From Comamonadaceae bacterium (GTDB taxonomy: Bacteria; Pseudomonadota; Gammaproteobacteria; Burkholderiales; Burkholderiaceae_C): a stretch of 64,000 nucleotides of DNA. Location: the NCBI GenBank assembly GCA_009996515.1, contig JAACZV010000007.1, positions 10,482 to 74,481 on the forward strand. Direction: 5' to 3'. This document shows, piece after piece, positions 36,030 through 44,839 of this stretch. Positions within the stretch are counted from its first letter, which is position 1, and each line of letters opens with the position of its first letter. The notes beneath the pieces were generated by a model. That model worked only from the letters and a program-made list of their open reading frames with translations, was not told the DNA's origin and searched no databases. The translations under genes and the position numbers were made by a program.

Positions 36030-37889
36030 TTACCCGTCCAGCTGACTCAAATCCCTCACCGCCCCCTTGTCCGCCGACGTCGCCAGCAGCGCATAGGCCT
36101 TCAGCGCCGCGCTCACCTTGCGCGGGCGCGGCTGAGCCGGCTTCCAACCCTTCGCATCCTGCTCCGCACGGCGCTTCGCCAGCTCTTCGTCGCTGACCAG
36201 CACGTCGATCGTGCGGTTCGGAATGTCGATGCGAATGCGGTCGCCATTGCGCACCAGGCCGATGGCGCCACCCGCTGCCGCCTCCGGCGAGCAGTGGCCG
36301 ATGGACAGGCCCGAGGTGCCGCCGGAGAAGCGGCCGTCCGTCAGCAGCGCGCAGGCCTTGCCCAGGCCCTTGGACTTGATGTAGCTCGTCGGGTAGAGCA
36401 TCTCCTGCATGCCGGGGCCGCCCTTGGGGCCTTCGTAGCGCACCACCACCACGTCGCCGGCCTTGACCTGGTCGTCCAGGATGTGGGCGACCGCCTCGTC
36501 CTGGCTCTCGACCACATGGGCCGGGCCTTCGAAGACCAGCAGGCTGTCATCCACGCCGGCCGTCTTCACGACGCAGCCGTCCAGCGCGATGTTGCCGCGC
36601 AGCACGGCCAGGCCGCCTTCCTTGCTGAAGGCATGGTCGAACGAACGGATGCAGCCCTCGGCGCGGTCCAGGTCCAGGCTGGGCCAGCGCGTGTTCTGGC
36701 TGAAGGCCACCTGTGTCGGGATGCCGGCGGGGCCGGCCATGTAGAAGGTCTTGACCGCGTTGCTGGGCGCACGGGCGATGTCCCACTGGTCCAGCGCGTC
36801 CTTCATGGTCTTGGCGTGCACCGTGGGCACGTCGGTGTGCAGCTTGCCGGCGCGGTCCAGCTCGCCCAGGATGGCCATGATGCCGCCGGCGCGGTGCACG
36901 TCCTCGATGTGGTACTTGTTGGTGTTGGGCGCCACCTTGCACAGCTGCGGCACGTCGCGCGACAGGCGGTCGATGTCGGTCATGTCGAAATCGATACCGG
37001 CCTCCTGGGCCGCGGCCAGGATGTGCAGGATGGTGTTGGTGGAGCCGCCCATCGCGATGTCCAGCGTCATCGCGTTCTCGAAGGCCTTCTTGCCGATGGC
37101 GCGCGGCAGGATGCTCTCATCCTCCTGCTCGTAGTAGCGGCGGCACAGCTCGACGATGGTGCGGCCGGCCTGCTTGAACAGCTGCTCGCGGTCCGCATGC
37201 GTGGCGACCACCGTGCCGTTGCCCGGCAGGCTCAGGCCCAGCGCCTCGGTCAGGCAGTTCATGGAGTTGGCCGTGAACATGCCCGAGCAGCTGCCGCAGG
37301 TCGGGCAGGCCGAGCGCTCGACCTCGGCGAGGTCGGCATCGCTGACCTTGCTGTCGGCGGCCATGACCATGGCGTCGATGAGGTCCAGCTTCTTGATCTC
37401 GATCTTGCTGGTGCCCGGCACCGCCAGGCGCACCTTGCCGGCCTCCATCGGGCCGCCGGACACGAACACGACGGGGATGTTGAGCCGCATCGCGGCCATC
37501 AGCATCCCGGGGGTGATCTTGTCGCAGTTGGAGATGCACACCAGCGCGTCGGCGCAGTGGGCGTTGACCATGTACTCGACCGAGTCGGCAATGATGTCGC
37601 GGCTGGGCAGCGAATACAGCATGCCGTCATGGCCCATCGCGATGCCGTCGTCCACGGCGATGGTGTTGAACTCCTTGGCCACGCCGCCCACGGCCTCGAT
37701 CTCGCGGGCCACCAGCTGGCCCAGGTCCTTCAGGTGCACGTGGCCGGGCACGAACTGGGTGAAGGAATTCGCGATGGCGATGATGGGCTTGGAGAAGTCA
37801 TCGTCCTTCATGCCCGTGGCGCGCCACAGCGAGCGGGCGCCGGCCATGTTGCGGCCGGCGGTGGAGGTCTTGGAGCGGTAGGTGGGCAT
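36030..37889 (-). CDS. ilvD: Dihydroxy-acid dehydratase
   Basis: [62 protein letters not shown]. Confidence 0.97.
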   Translation of the reverse strand: MPTYRSKTSTAGRNMAGARSLWRATGMKDDDFSKPIIAIANSFTQFVPGHVHLKDLGQLVAREIEAVGGVAKEFNTIAVDDGIAMGHDGMLYSLPSRDIIADSVEYMVNAHCADALVCISNCDKITPGMLMAAMRLNIPVVFVSGGPMEAGKVRLAVPGTSKIEIKKLDLIDAMVMAADSKVSDADLAEVERSACPTCGSCSGMFTANSMNCLTEALGLSLPGNGTVVATHADREQLFKQAGRTIVELCRRYYEQEDESILPRAIGKKAFENAMTLDIAMGGSTNTILHILAAAQEAGIDFDMTDIDRLSRDVPQLCKVAPNTNKYHIEDVHRAGGIMAILGELDRAGKLHTDVPTVHAKTMKDALDQWDIARAPSNAVKTFYMAGPAGIPTQVAFSQNTRWPSLDLDRAEGCIRSFDHAFSKEGGLAVLRGNIALDGCVVKTAGVDDSLLVFEGPAHVVESQDEAVAHILDDQVKAGDVVVVRYEGPKGGPGMQEMLYPTSYIKSKGLGKACALLTDGRFSGGTSGLSIGHCSPEAAAGGAIGLVRNGDRIRIDIPNRTIDVLVSDEELAKRRAEQDAKGWKPAQPRPRKVSAALKAYALLATSADKGAVRDLSQLDG

Positions 37890-37927
37890 GGCGGGGCCTG
37901 TGCGGTGCGGATCGGGAAGCGCCGATT

Positions 37928-38011
37928 TTCCGGCAGCGCGCGGCCGGCGTCTGCTGGCGGACGAGTTCCCGGGGGCGGGCCGAAAGCTCGGTTGCGCCAT
38001 GCCGAATGCTC
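37928..38011. repeat. 84-bp imperfect direct repeat, copy 1 (upstream of ilvD)
   Basis: Block A TTCCGGCAGCGCGCGGCCGGCGTCT (37928-37952) and block B CCGAAAGCTCGGTTGCGCCATGCCGAATGCTC (37980-38011). Confidence 0.85.
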
Positions 38012-38055
38012 GCTGCCCCGCTCGGGCCCTCCGCGTCAATCTCGGCAACGCCCCG

Positions 38056-39165
38056 CTAGGCCCCTTGATGCCGCGCCAGAAACCGCCGCATCGTCGGGTC
38101 CATCAGCCCGCGCTTCTCGATGATCTGGCTCAATTCGCCACCGCCGGTGCCGAACAGGTTGAGTTCCAGCGCCAGGGGCCCGCCATCGGCCAGGGCGATG
38201 TCCCATTGCTGGAAGCGCAGCTTCGGGAAGACCAGCGCCGCGCGCTCGACGAAGGCACACACCTCGGGCCAATCGGGCACGCTCAAGCCCAGCAGGTCGG
38301 CCCCCGTGTCGGGGTGGCGCTGCAATTCGCGACGGCGCACGCCGCTGCCACTGACAACCCGCGTTACCCGGCCGTCGCTCAGGTCCAGCCCCGCAGCCAG
38401 GTTGCCGGTGACGCCATCGTTGAAGTTGTCATTCATGTTCTTTCCCGTCGGCAGCTTCCAGAACGCCCGGTGGATGAGCGGCCCCTCCGTGTCGTCCAGC
38501 AACACCATCACGCGCAGGCTGGTGACCAGGCCCCCGATCAGCGGCACCAGGCGCGCATCCGGCGCCACCGGGGTTTGCAGCAGATAGCCCAGCTTCTCGT
38601 GATCGAACAGGGATGCGGCAAATGCCTGCACCGCCAGGCGCTCGCCACTGCGCAGGCACAGGCTGTCGGTCGCCGCGTCGTAACGCTCGGCGAAGTAGGC
38701 GCCACGCCCGAAGCCACTGGCCGCCGGTTTTCCAAAGAATGGATAGTTGGCAGGATCGCGCAACCAGGCGTGAAGTGCCGGCAGGTCCTTCAGCGGCCGG
38801 GCGGTTTGCAGCATGCGCTCCCGCCCCGGCAGGTAGATCGCACGCGTCTCGGTGCAGCGTATCCCCTGGGCGGCCAGCAGTTCGGTGGTCAGCACCTTGT
38901 CCAGCCCCAGACAAGCCCAGGACCGTTCATTGAGCCGGTCCAGCCTCGCCTCCAGACGCCAGCCGACAAACTCGGCCCTGGCCGCCAGCGTGAGCTCGGG
39001 GTCGAACAGGCGGTAGGTGTAGTAGTCCCCGGGGCCCAGCCGGGCCTCGCCTCGCATCAAGCGCGCGATGTCCCTCAGCTGTCGCCAGGTCGCAGGTCCT
39101 CCCTGAGCTTGAGCCTCGCGGGACTGCTGCCGGAACTCCCGCAGCTTCCTGTGAATGTTCTTCAT
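38056..39165 (-). CDS. Sugar-transfer-associated ATP-grasp domain protein
   Basis: [55 protein letters not shown]. Strong GGAGG RBS. Confidence 0.8.
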   Translation of the reverse strand: MKNIHRKLREFRQQSREAQAQGGPATWRQLRDIARLMRGEARLGPGDYYTYRLFDPELTLAARAEFVGWRLEARLDRLNERSWACLGLDKVLTTELLAAQGIRCTETRAIYLPGRERMLQTARPLKDLPALHAWLRDPANYPFFGKPAASGFGRGAYFAERYDAATDSLCLRSGERLAVQAFAASLFDHEKLGYLLQTPVAPDARLVPLIGGLVTSLRVMVLLDDTEGPLIHRAFWKLPTGKNMNDNFNDGVTGNLAAGLDLSDGRVTRVVSGSGVRRRELQRHPDTGADLLGLSVPDWPEVCAFVERAALVFPKLRFQQWDIALADGGPLALELNLFGTGGGELSQIIEKRGLMDPTMRRFLARHQGA

Positions 39166-39353
39166 GGCTCCTCCCCCCTTGTTGCCAGGGTTGAGCCACT
39201 CTAGCGCCGGGGATCTCGAAGCCGCAGGGCCTAACCGGCCATTCGACCTGGACAAAACCCCGATTGCCGGCCGCGCGCCGGCAAGCCCTAAGCCGGGCAG
39301 GCCGGCCTGCAATCGCCGTGCGGCTTCGGCCGGCGTCTCGTCCCGCTTCGCAA

Positions 39354-39437
39354 TTCCGGCAGCGCGCCGGCCGCGTCTCGCCCCGCAGGCATGGCGGCGG
39401 GGTCACCGAAAGCTGGGTTGCGCCATGCCGAACGCTC
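39354..39437. repeat. 84-bp imperfect direct repeat, copy 2
   Basis: Block A TTCCGGCAGCGCGCCGGCCGCGTCT (22/25 identical to copy 1) and block B CCGAAAGCTGGGTTGCGCCATGCCGAACGCTC (30/32); same 52-nt A-to-B offset. Confidence 0.85.
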
Positions 39438-39837
39438 AGCGCTCCCGCACTGGCCACAACTGCACCACCGCCCATGCGATCTCGGGCAGCAGGAACAGCG
39501 CCAGCACCGGCAGCCCGCCCTGCGCCCAGGCCCAGGCCATCCACAGGCTGAACAGCAGCCGACCGACACCGTCGTAGCGGCCGAACTGCACCGTCGGCCC
39601 GCGCAGCCGCAGCACGGACCAGACCAACACGATGCTGCCCATCAGCAGCGCGAACAGTGTCTGTACCGGGCCGAAAGCCGGCAGCGCCATACCGCCCAGC
39701 GCCTGGTTGAGCGCGCTGAGCTGCACGCGGTTGAGTTCGAAGCTCCAAGGCGTGGCGAAGGGCGCGGTGACGACGAGGTCGTACAGCGCGCTGAACCAGA
39801 CGATGCGCAGGAAGCGAGAGGTGCTGAAGGAAGGCAT
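39436..39837 (-). CDS. Small hypothetical membrane protein (about 4 TM)
   Basis: 133 aa, hydrophobic: SALYDLVVTAPFATPW...LMGSIVLVWSVLRL...YDGVGRLLFSLWM. Sits behind a MerR-type promoter. Confidence 0.78.
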   Translation of the reverse strand: MPSFSTSRFLRIVWFSALYDLVVTAPFATPWSFELNRVQLSALNQALGGMALPAFGPVQTLFALLMGSIVLVWSVLRLRGPTVQFGRYDGVGRLLFSLWMAWAWAQGGLPVLALFLLPEIAWAVVQLWPVRER

Positions 39838-39878
39838 GCGGGACCGCAAACAGTTGGGGTTGAGAATCCCGAATGCTC

Positions 39879-39902
39879 GACCCTGGATCACACTCCAGGG
39901 TC
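39879..39902 (-). promoter_or_regulatory. MerR-type operator/promoter
   Basis: Perfect 9-bp dyad GACCCTGGA-N6-TCCAGGGTC overlapping a minus-strand -35 TTGACC, with an over-long spacer before a -10-like GAGCAT. Confidence 0.8.
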
Positions 39903-39924
39903 AAGTCTTTTTTTTCGACGTTCC

Positions 39925-40299
39925 ATGCGCATCGGCACCCTTTCCACGCGGACCGGCCTGAGCCGCGACAGCCTACGCTTCTACGAGAAGCGTGGCCTGC
40001 TGCAGGCCCGTCGCAGCCCCAACGGCTACCGCGACTACCCCGAGGAGGCCGTGCAGTGGCTGGGCTATGTGCGCACCGCCCAGCAATTGGGCTTCACGCT
40101 GGCCGAGATCGCCGCCGATCTGCCACGGCTGACCCAGGGCGAGGACGCCGGTCCGGCGCTGCGGGCAACACTGGCACACAAGCTGGCGGACGTGGATGCA
40201 CGCATCGTGGCGCTGCAGGCGCTGCGTGGCGAACTGGCGAGCCGGCTTGCCGACACGCCCGACAGCGGCGTCAACTGCCCTCTGCAGCCGGCGGCCTGA
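39925..40299 (+). CDS. MerR family transcriptional regulator
   Basis: MRIGTLSTRTGLSRDSLRFYEKRGLL...NGYRDY...AQQLGFTLAEI; only one Cys (NCPL) near the C-terminus. Confidence 0.92.
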   Translation: MRIGTLSTRTGLSRDSLRFYEKRGLLQARRSPNGYRDYPEEAVQWLGYVRTAQQLGFTLAEIAADLPRLTQGEDAGPALRATLAHKLADVDARIVALQALRGELASRLADTPDSGVNCPLQPAA

Positions 40300-40302
40300 G
40301 CT

Positions 40303-41448
40303 TCAGCGGAGATTGGCCAGCCGCTTCGCCGCCTCCGCCAGCGTTTCATCCCGCTTCGCAAAGCAGAACCTCACATGCCGCCGCTCTCGCGGCCGCTGGT
40401 AGAAGACCGACAGCGGGATGGCCGCGACGCCGATTTGCGTGGTCAGCCATCGCGCGAACTCCAGTTCCGGCAGGTCGGACACGGCGCTGTAGTCCACCGT
40501 CTGGAAGTAGGTGCCCTCGCAGGGCAGCAGCCGCAGCGGCGTGCCCTGCAGCGCCGCGCGGAAGGCATCGCGCTTGGCCTGGTAGAAGCCGGCGAGGCCG
40601 GCCCACGGCGCCGGGTCGGCCAGATAGGCCGCCAGCGCATGCTGGGTGGGCGTGTGTACCGTGAACACGGTGTACTGGTGCAGACGCCGGAAGGCCGCGC
40701 TCAGCGCCGGCGGCGCGGCGACGTAGCCGACCTTCCAGCCCGTCACGTGGAAGGTCTTGCCGAAGCTGCCGACGAGAAAGCTGCGCTCGCGCAGGGCCGG
40801 AAAGCGCGCCACGCTCTGATGCGCCGCGCCGTCGAACACCATGTGCTCGTAGACCTCGTCGCTGATGACGAAGAGGTCGTGCTGCCCGGCCAGCCGCTCC
40901 AGCTCGCGCAGGTCCTCGGCCGTCGCGATGCGGCCGCTGGGGTTGTGCGGCGTGTTCAACACCAGGGCCCGCGTGCGCGGCGTGACGGCGGCGCGCACGG
41001 CCGCCCAGTCCAGCCGGTAGTCGGCCGTCATCGGCACGCCCACCGGCACCGCGCCGGCCAGGCGTATGGCGGGGTCGTAGCTGTCGTAGGCCGGCTCGAT
41101 GACGACGACCTCGTCGCCCGCGCCGACGCAGCATTGCAGCGCCGTGAACAGCGCCTGCGTACCGCCCGCCGTGATCGTGATGTCGCGCTCCGCGTCATAG
41201 GCCGAGCCGTGGCGCGCATTGAGATGGCCGGCGATGGCCTGGCGCAGCGCCGGCACGCCGGTCATGGGCGGGTACTGGTTGTGGCCGGCGGCCATCGCGG
41301 TGCCGACGGCCTGCAGCAGCGCGGGGTCGGCAGCGAAGTCCGGGAAGCCCTGGCCCAGGTTGACCGCGCCATGCTCGGCGGCCAGCGCCGACATGACGGT
41401 GAAGATGGTGGTGCCGGCGTTCGGCAGCTTGGCAGGCAGGGCGGGCAT
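40303..41448 (-). CDS. PLP-dependent aminotransferase class I/II (YbdL/methionine aminotransferase-like)
   Basis: TTIFTVMSALA, VNLGQGFPDF, NQYPPMTG, NTPHNPSG, SDEVYEH, SFGKTFHVTGWKVGY. Confidence 0.92.
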   Translation of the reverse strand: MPALPAKLPNAGTTIFTVMSALAAEHGAVNLGQGFPDFAADPALLQAVGTAMAAGHNQYPPMTGVPALRQAIAGHLNARHGSAYDAERDITITAGGTQALFTALQCCVGAGDEVVVIEPAYDSYDPAIRLAGAVPVGVPMTADYRLDWAAVRAAVTPRTRALVLNTPHNPSGRIATAEDLRELERLAGQHDLFVISDEVYEHMVFDGAAHQSVARFPALRERSFLVGSFGKTFHVTGWKVGYVAAPPALSAAFRRLHQYTVFTVHTPTQHALAAYLADPAPWAGLAGFYQAKRDAFRAALQGTPLRLLPCEGTYFQTVDYSAVSDLPELEFARWLTTQIGVAAIPLSVFYQRPRERRHVRFCFAKRDETLAEAAKRLANLR

Positions 41449-41479
41449 GGTGCCCGCATTGTGCAAGGCGGGCGCCGGC

Positions 41480-41857
41480 TCAGGCCGGCGTGGGGGCCTC
41501 GCGGCGCTGTGCATGCTCGCCACCGCACTGCTCGAAGGCATCCAGGGCGCGGGCGGCATACATCAGCGCCGGCCCGCCGCCCATGTAGACGCTGACGGAG
41601 AGCATCTCCTCGAACTCGGCGCGCTGGCAGCCCAGCCTGACCAGGGCCTCGGCATGGAAGGCCAGGCAGGCATCGCAGCGCGCCGCGATGCCTATGGCCA
41701 TGGCGATCAGCTCCTTGGTCTTGCGGTCCAGCACGCCGTCGCGCAGCGCCGCCTGGGACAGCGTGCCGAAGCCGCGCATGGTGTCGGGAATGTCGGCGCG
41801 CAGCTGGGCCAGTGTGCCGGAGATGTCGCTAGCCAGCGCGCGGAAATTGGTGCTCAT
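41480..41857 (-). CDS. Carboxymuconolactone decarboxylase / AhpD-like protein
   Basis: LDRKTKELIAMAIGIAARCDACLAFH (CxxC) and YMGGGP. Confidence 0.88.
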   Translation of the reverse strand: MSTNFRALASDISGTLAQLRADIPDTMRGFGTLSQAALRDGVLDRKTKELIAMAIGIAARCDACLAFHAEALVRLGCQRAEFEEMLSVSVYMGGGPALMYAARALDAFEQCGGEHAQRREAPTPA

Positions 41858-41972
41858 GCAGGCCTCCTGATGTCGATCACGGGCCATGCTGCTACCGGCA
41901 GCGGCCGGGCACCTTGACCTGCCGCAAGAGGCCGTCAGCCGGCCGGCCCAGAGGGCGCGCGTGCCCGCGGCT

Positions 41973-42386
41973 TCATGCCACCGGTCCCGGCGGGCCCTTG
42001 AGCTCCACGACGTTGCCCTCGGGGTCGGCCAGGTAGAGGGACGGCCCCTCGCCCTCGGCACCGTAGCGGCTCTCGGTCTGGCCGGCGGCCACGCCATGCG
42101 CCGCGAGATGGGCGCGGATGGCGGCCGCGTCGAAGGGCTCCACACGCAGGCAGAAATGGTCCAGGTTGCGGCCCTCGGCGCCCGGCGCCGCACCGCCCAT
42201 GCGGCCCAGCTTGCCGTGCACAGGCACCAGGTCGATCAGCGAGCGGCCGGCGCGCAGCTGCACCAGGCCGATCTCCTCCTGGCGGCGCTCTACCGTGCAG
42301 CCCAGCGTGCCGACATAGAAGCCCAGCATGGCGTCGAGATCGACGACGCGCAGCACGAGGTGGTCAAGTCCTTGCAGGTTCAGCAT
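41973..42386 (-). CDS. VOC (glyoxalase) family protein
   Basis: LDHLVLRVVD, NLDHFCLRV, YLADPEGNVVELK. Confidence 0.9.
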   Translation of the reverse strand: MLNLQGLDHLVLRVVDLDAMLGFYVGTLGCTVERRQEEIGLVQLRAGRSLIDLVPVHGKLGRMGGAAPGAEGRNLDHFCLRVEPFDAAAIRAHLAAHGVAAGQTESRYGAEGEGPSLYLADPEGNVVELKGPPGPVA

Positions 42387-42535
42387 GAGGGCATTCCGGA
42401 GCGGGCACGCGAGCATGTTGCCGCGCCGCCCCCATGCCGGAAGTGACGGCGGGTTTGTCCCGAGTAACGACGGGGGCCCGTCGCGCTCAATAGGGGCATG
42501 CAACTCCTGCAGGCCCTCACACCATGCACCCCGGC

Positions 42536-43138
42536 ATGAGCTGGCTGACCCGCCTCGGCTTCGTCGCCCCGTCCGCCGCCTCCACGGCGGGCGACGAGGC
42601 CGCGCTGCTGGCCCGCCTGGCCGACGGCGACGCCGACGCGCTGGAACAGCTCTACCGGCGCGAGAGCGGCGCGGTCTACCGCTACGCCCTCGCGCTGGCC
42701 GGCGACGAGGCCGCGGCGCTGGACGCCGTGCAGGAGGCCTTCGCCCAGCTGCTGCGCGGCCCGCAGGCCTACCAGGCCGGCCGCGGCTCGCTGGGCGCCT
42801 ACCTCGCCGGCATGGCCCGGCATCAGCTGCTGAACCAATGGCGCGACGCGCGCCGCCACGTGCCGCTGGACGACTCGCTAGCCGCCGACGACAGCGCCGA
42901 GGCCCAGCCGGCCAGCGACAGCCGCCTGCAGCAGGCCCAGCAACAGGACGGCCTGTGGGCCGCCATCCGCGCCCTGAGCTGGCCGCAGCGCGAGGCCATC
43001 GTGCTGGTGGATCTGCAGGAGCGCAGCTACGCCGACGCCGCCGCCATCGCCGGCATCAGCGTGGACGTGCTGCGCACCCGGCTGCACCGCGCCCGCCAGC
43101 GCCTGGCCGACCTGCTGGCCGTGGGAGAGAGACCATGA
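42536..43138 (+). CDS. ECF RNA polymerase sigma factor
   Basis: GDADALEQLYRR...VYRYA...DAVQEAF (region 2); QREAIVLVDLQERSYADAAAIAGISVDVLRTRLHRAR (region 4). Confidence 0.92.
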   Translation: MSWLTRLGFVAPSAASTAGDEAALLARLADGDADALEQLYRRESGAVYRYALALAGDEAAALDAVQEAFAQLLRGPQAYQAGRGSLGAYLAGMARHQLLNQWRDARRHVPLDDSLAADDSAEAQPASDSRLQQAQQQDGLWAAIRALSWPQREAIVLVDLQERSYADAAAIAGISVDVLRTRLHRARQRLADLLAVGERP

Positions 43139-43656
43139 GCAAGATCGACGACGACACCCCCGCCTGGCTGCGGCCGGCGCGCGCGGAGTTCGCGCGGCTG
43201 CGGCCCGATGCCGGGCAGGAGGCCGCGCTGCTGGCCCGCCTGGCCGAGCAGCAGCGCGGGCTGCGCGCGCGCCGCCGCGCCGCCGAGATGCGCGCGACGG
43301 CCGAGGCCCATGAGCCACGCTGGCTGCGCCGCCTGGCCTGGGGCAGCGGCGCGCTGGGCGCCATGGCCGCCGTGCTGCTGAGCACCATGCTGCTGCTGGA
43401 CCCGCCCGGCACCCAGACGGCCCGTGCCGCGCCGGCCGGCAGCGGCTTCATCCCGCTGGTGCCCGAGGGCCAGCTGCGCCAGGCCCTGGCGGCCGGTCAA
43501 GGCGCCGCCGTCTGGCTGCAGCCCACCGAGCTGGCGCGCGAACGCCTGGCCCTGCTGGGCCTGCCCTTCGATGCCGCGCGCGCCGACGAGACGGTGCACG
43601 CCGAGCTGATGCTGGACCCGGGCGGCCGGGTGCTGGCCGTGCGCATCCTGAACTGA
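43135..43656 (+). CDS. Putative membrane-anchored anti-sigma factor
   Basis: ATGA-coupled to the sigma gene; one TM helix (LAWGSGALGAMAAVLLSTMLLL); C-terminal GFIPL...LGLP...VHAELMLDPGGRVLAVRI domain. Confidence 0.7.
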   Translation: MSKIDDDTPAWLRPARAEFARLRPDAGQEAALLARLAEQQRGLRARRRAAEMRATAEAHEPRWLRRLAWGSGALGAMAAVLLSTMLLLDPPGTQTARAAPAGSGFIPLVPEGQLRQALAAGQGAAVWLQPTELARERLALLGLPFDAARADETVHAELMLDPGGRVLAVRILN

Positions 43657-43678
43657 GTTGTTGACGAAGGAGAACGAC

Positions 43679-44836
43679 ATGAACACCCCCCTGACCGGTC
43701 TGGCGCTGTGCGCCCTGGGCGCAACGCTGGCGGCATCGGCCACCGCCCAGGAGGCCGAACGCGCGGCGGAACGCGACCTCGAGCGCAGCGTCACGCGCCA
43801 TGTGCAGCTGGCCCTGTCCGACATGCCGGTGCGCATCGCGCTGGGCGACCAGGCCCTGGCCTTCGCCGGCCGCGAGCTGGAGGGCGAACGCGTCGTGCGC
43901 GGCGCCCCCTACTGCGCGACGGCCGTGCATGAGAGCGTGCAGCCGCTGGCCGACGGCAACCGCATCGTGCGCAAGCAGCAGAGCCAGCTCTGCCGCGACG
44001 GCGAAGGCCGCACGCGCCGCGAAGTGCAGCGCGAGGGCGGCCCCAGGGTCGTCTACCTGAACGACCCGGTGGCCAAGACCAGCTGGGTCATCTACCCGGA
44101 CGAGAAACGCATGCAGAAGCTGCGCGGCGCGGTGGGCTGGGCGGCGGGCAGCGACGCGGCCGCCCAGGCCGCCTGGCAGGCCTCCATGCAGGACTGGGGC
44201 GAGCGCATGAAGGAGCAGGCCGCGCGCTGGAAGGAATGGGGCGCCCGCGTGGCCGATCAGGCGCGCAGCGCGGACGCCGAGCGTGTGCGTGCACGCACGC
44301 TGGCCGGCGGCGAGCCGGGCATCATCATCGAGCGGGAGATCGCCGTGCCGTCCGCCCCGGGCGCCAGTGGCGTGGAACGCCGGCGCGAGCTGCGCATCGT
44401 CCGCGCCAGCGAGCTGCCGGCACCGCCCGTGCCGCCCGCGCCCCTGGCCGTGCCCACGCCGCCGCAGCCGCCCATGCCGCTGCTGCAGGGCCTGACGCTG
44501 CTGCCGCGCGAGGGCGGCACGACGACGGCGCTGGCGCCGAAGGAGATCGAAGGCCTCAAGGTCAACGGCGAGCGCACCACCTGGACCCTGGAGGCCGGCA
44601 AGATCGGCAACGAAAAGCCCATCGTCACCGTCCGCGAGGTCTGGCGCAGCCCCGAGCTGATGCTGACCGTGCAGAGCCGCGATGCCGATCCGCGCCAGGG
44701 CGAGCAGAACTACCGGCTGGAGAACATCAGGCGCGGCGAGCCCGACCCGGCGCTGATGAAGCCGCCGGCCGACTACAGCGAAGGGCCGCGGCGCAGCGCG
44801 AAGCCGGCTGCGAGCGCGCCGACGCGCTCGTTCTGA
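43679..44836 (+). CDS. Secreted hypothetical protein, possibly LolA-like beta fold
   Basis: Signal peptide (ASATA/QE); GAPYCA...QPLADGNRI...RDGEGRTRRE and EVWRSPEL...EPDPALMKPPADY segments. Confidence 0.72.
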   Translation: MNTPLTGLALCALGATLAASATAQEAERAAERDLERSVTRHVQLALSDMPVRIALGDQALAFAGRELEGERVVRGAPYCATAVHESVQPLADGNRIVRKQQSQLCRDGEGRTRREVQREGGPRVVYLNDPVAKTSWVIYPDEKRMQKLRGAVGWAAGSDAAAQAAWQASMQDWGERMKEQAARWKEWGARVADQARSADAERVRARTLAGGEPGIIIEREIAVPSAPGASGVERRRELRIVRASELPAPPVPPAPLAVPTPPQPPMPLLQGLTLLPREGGTTTALAPKEIEGLKVNGERTTWTLEAGKIGNEKPIVTVREVWRSPELMLTVQSRDADPRQGEQNYRLENIRRGEPDPALMKPPADYSEGPRRSAKPAASAPTRSF

Positions 44837-44839
44837 CCC

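Noticed and set aside
39264-39310. Short perfect hairpins and palindromes (TTGCCGGC-N5-GCCGGCAA; GCAGGCCGGCCTGC); also the hairpin at 8065-8086
   Set aside because: Short GC-only dyads are expected by chance at this base composition. None has a U-tract or a second copy.
39869-39879. 11-nt match (CCGAATGCTCG) to the end of direct-repeat copy 1
   Set aside because: Too short to distinguish from chance, and the rest of the repeat is absent.
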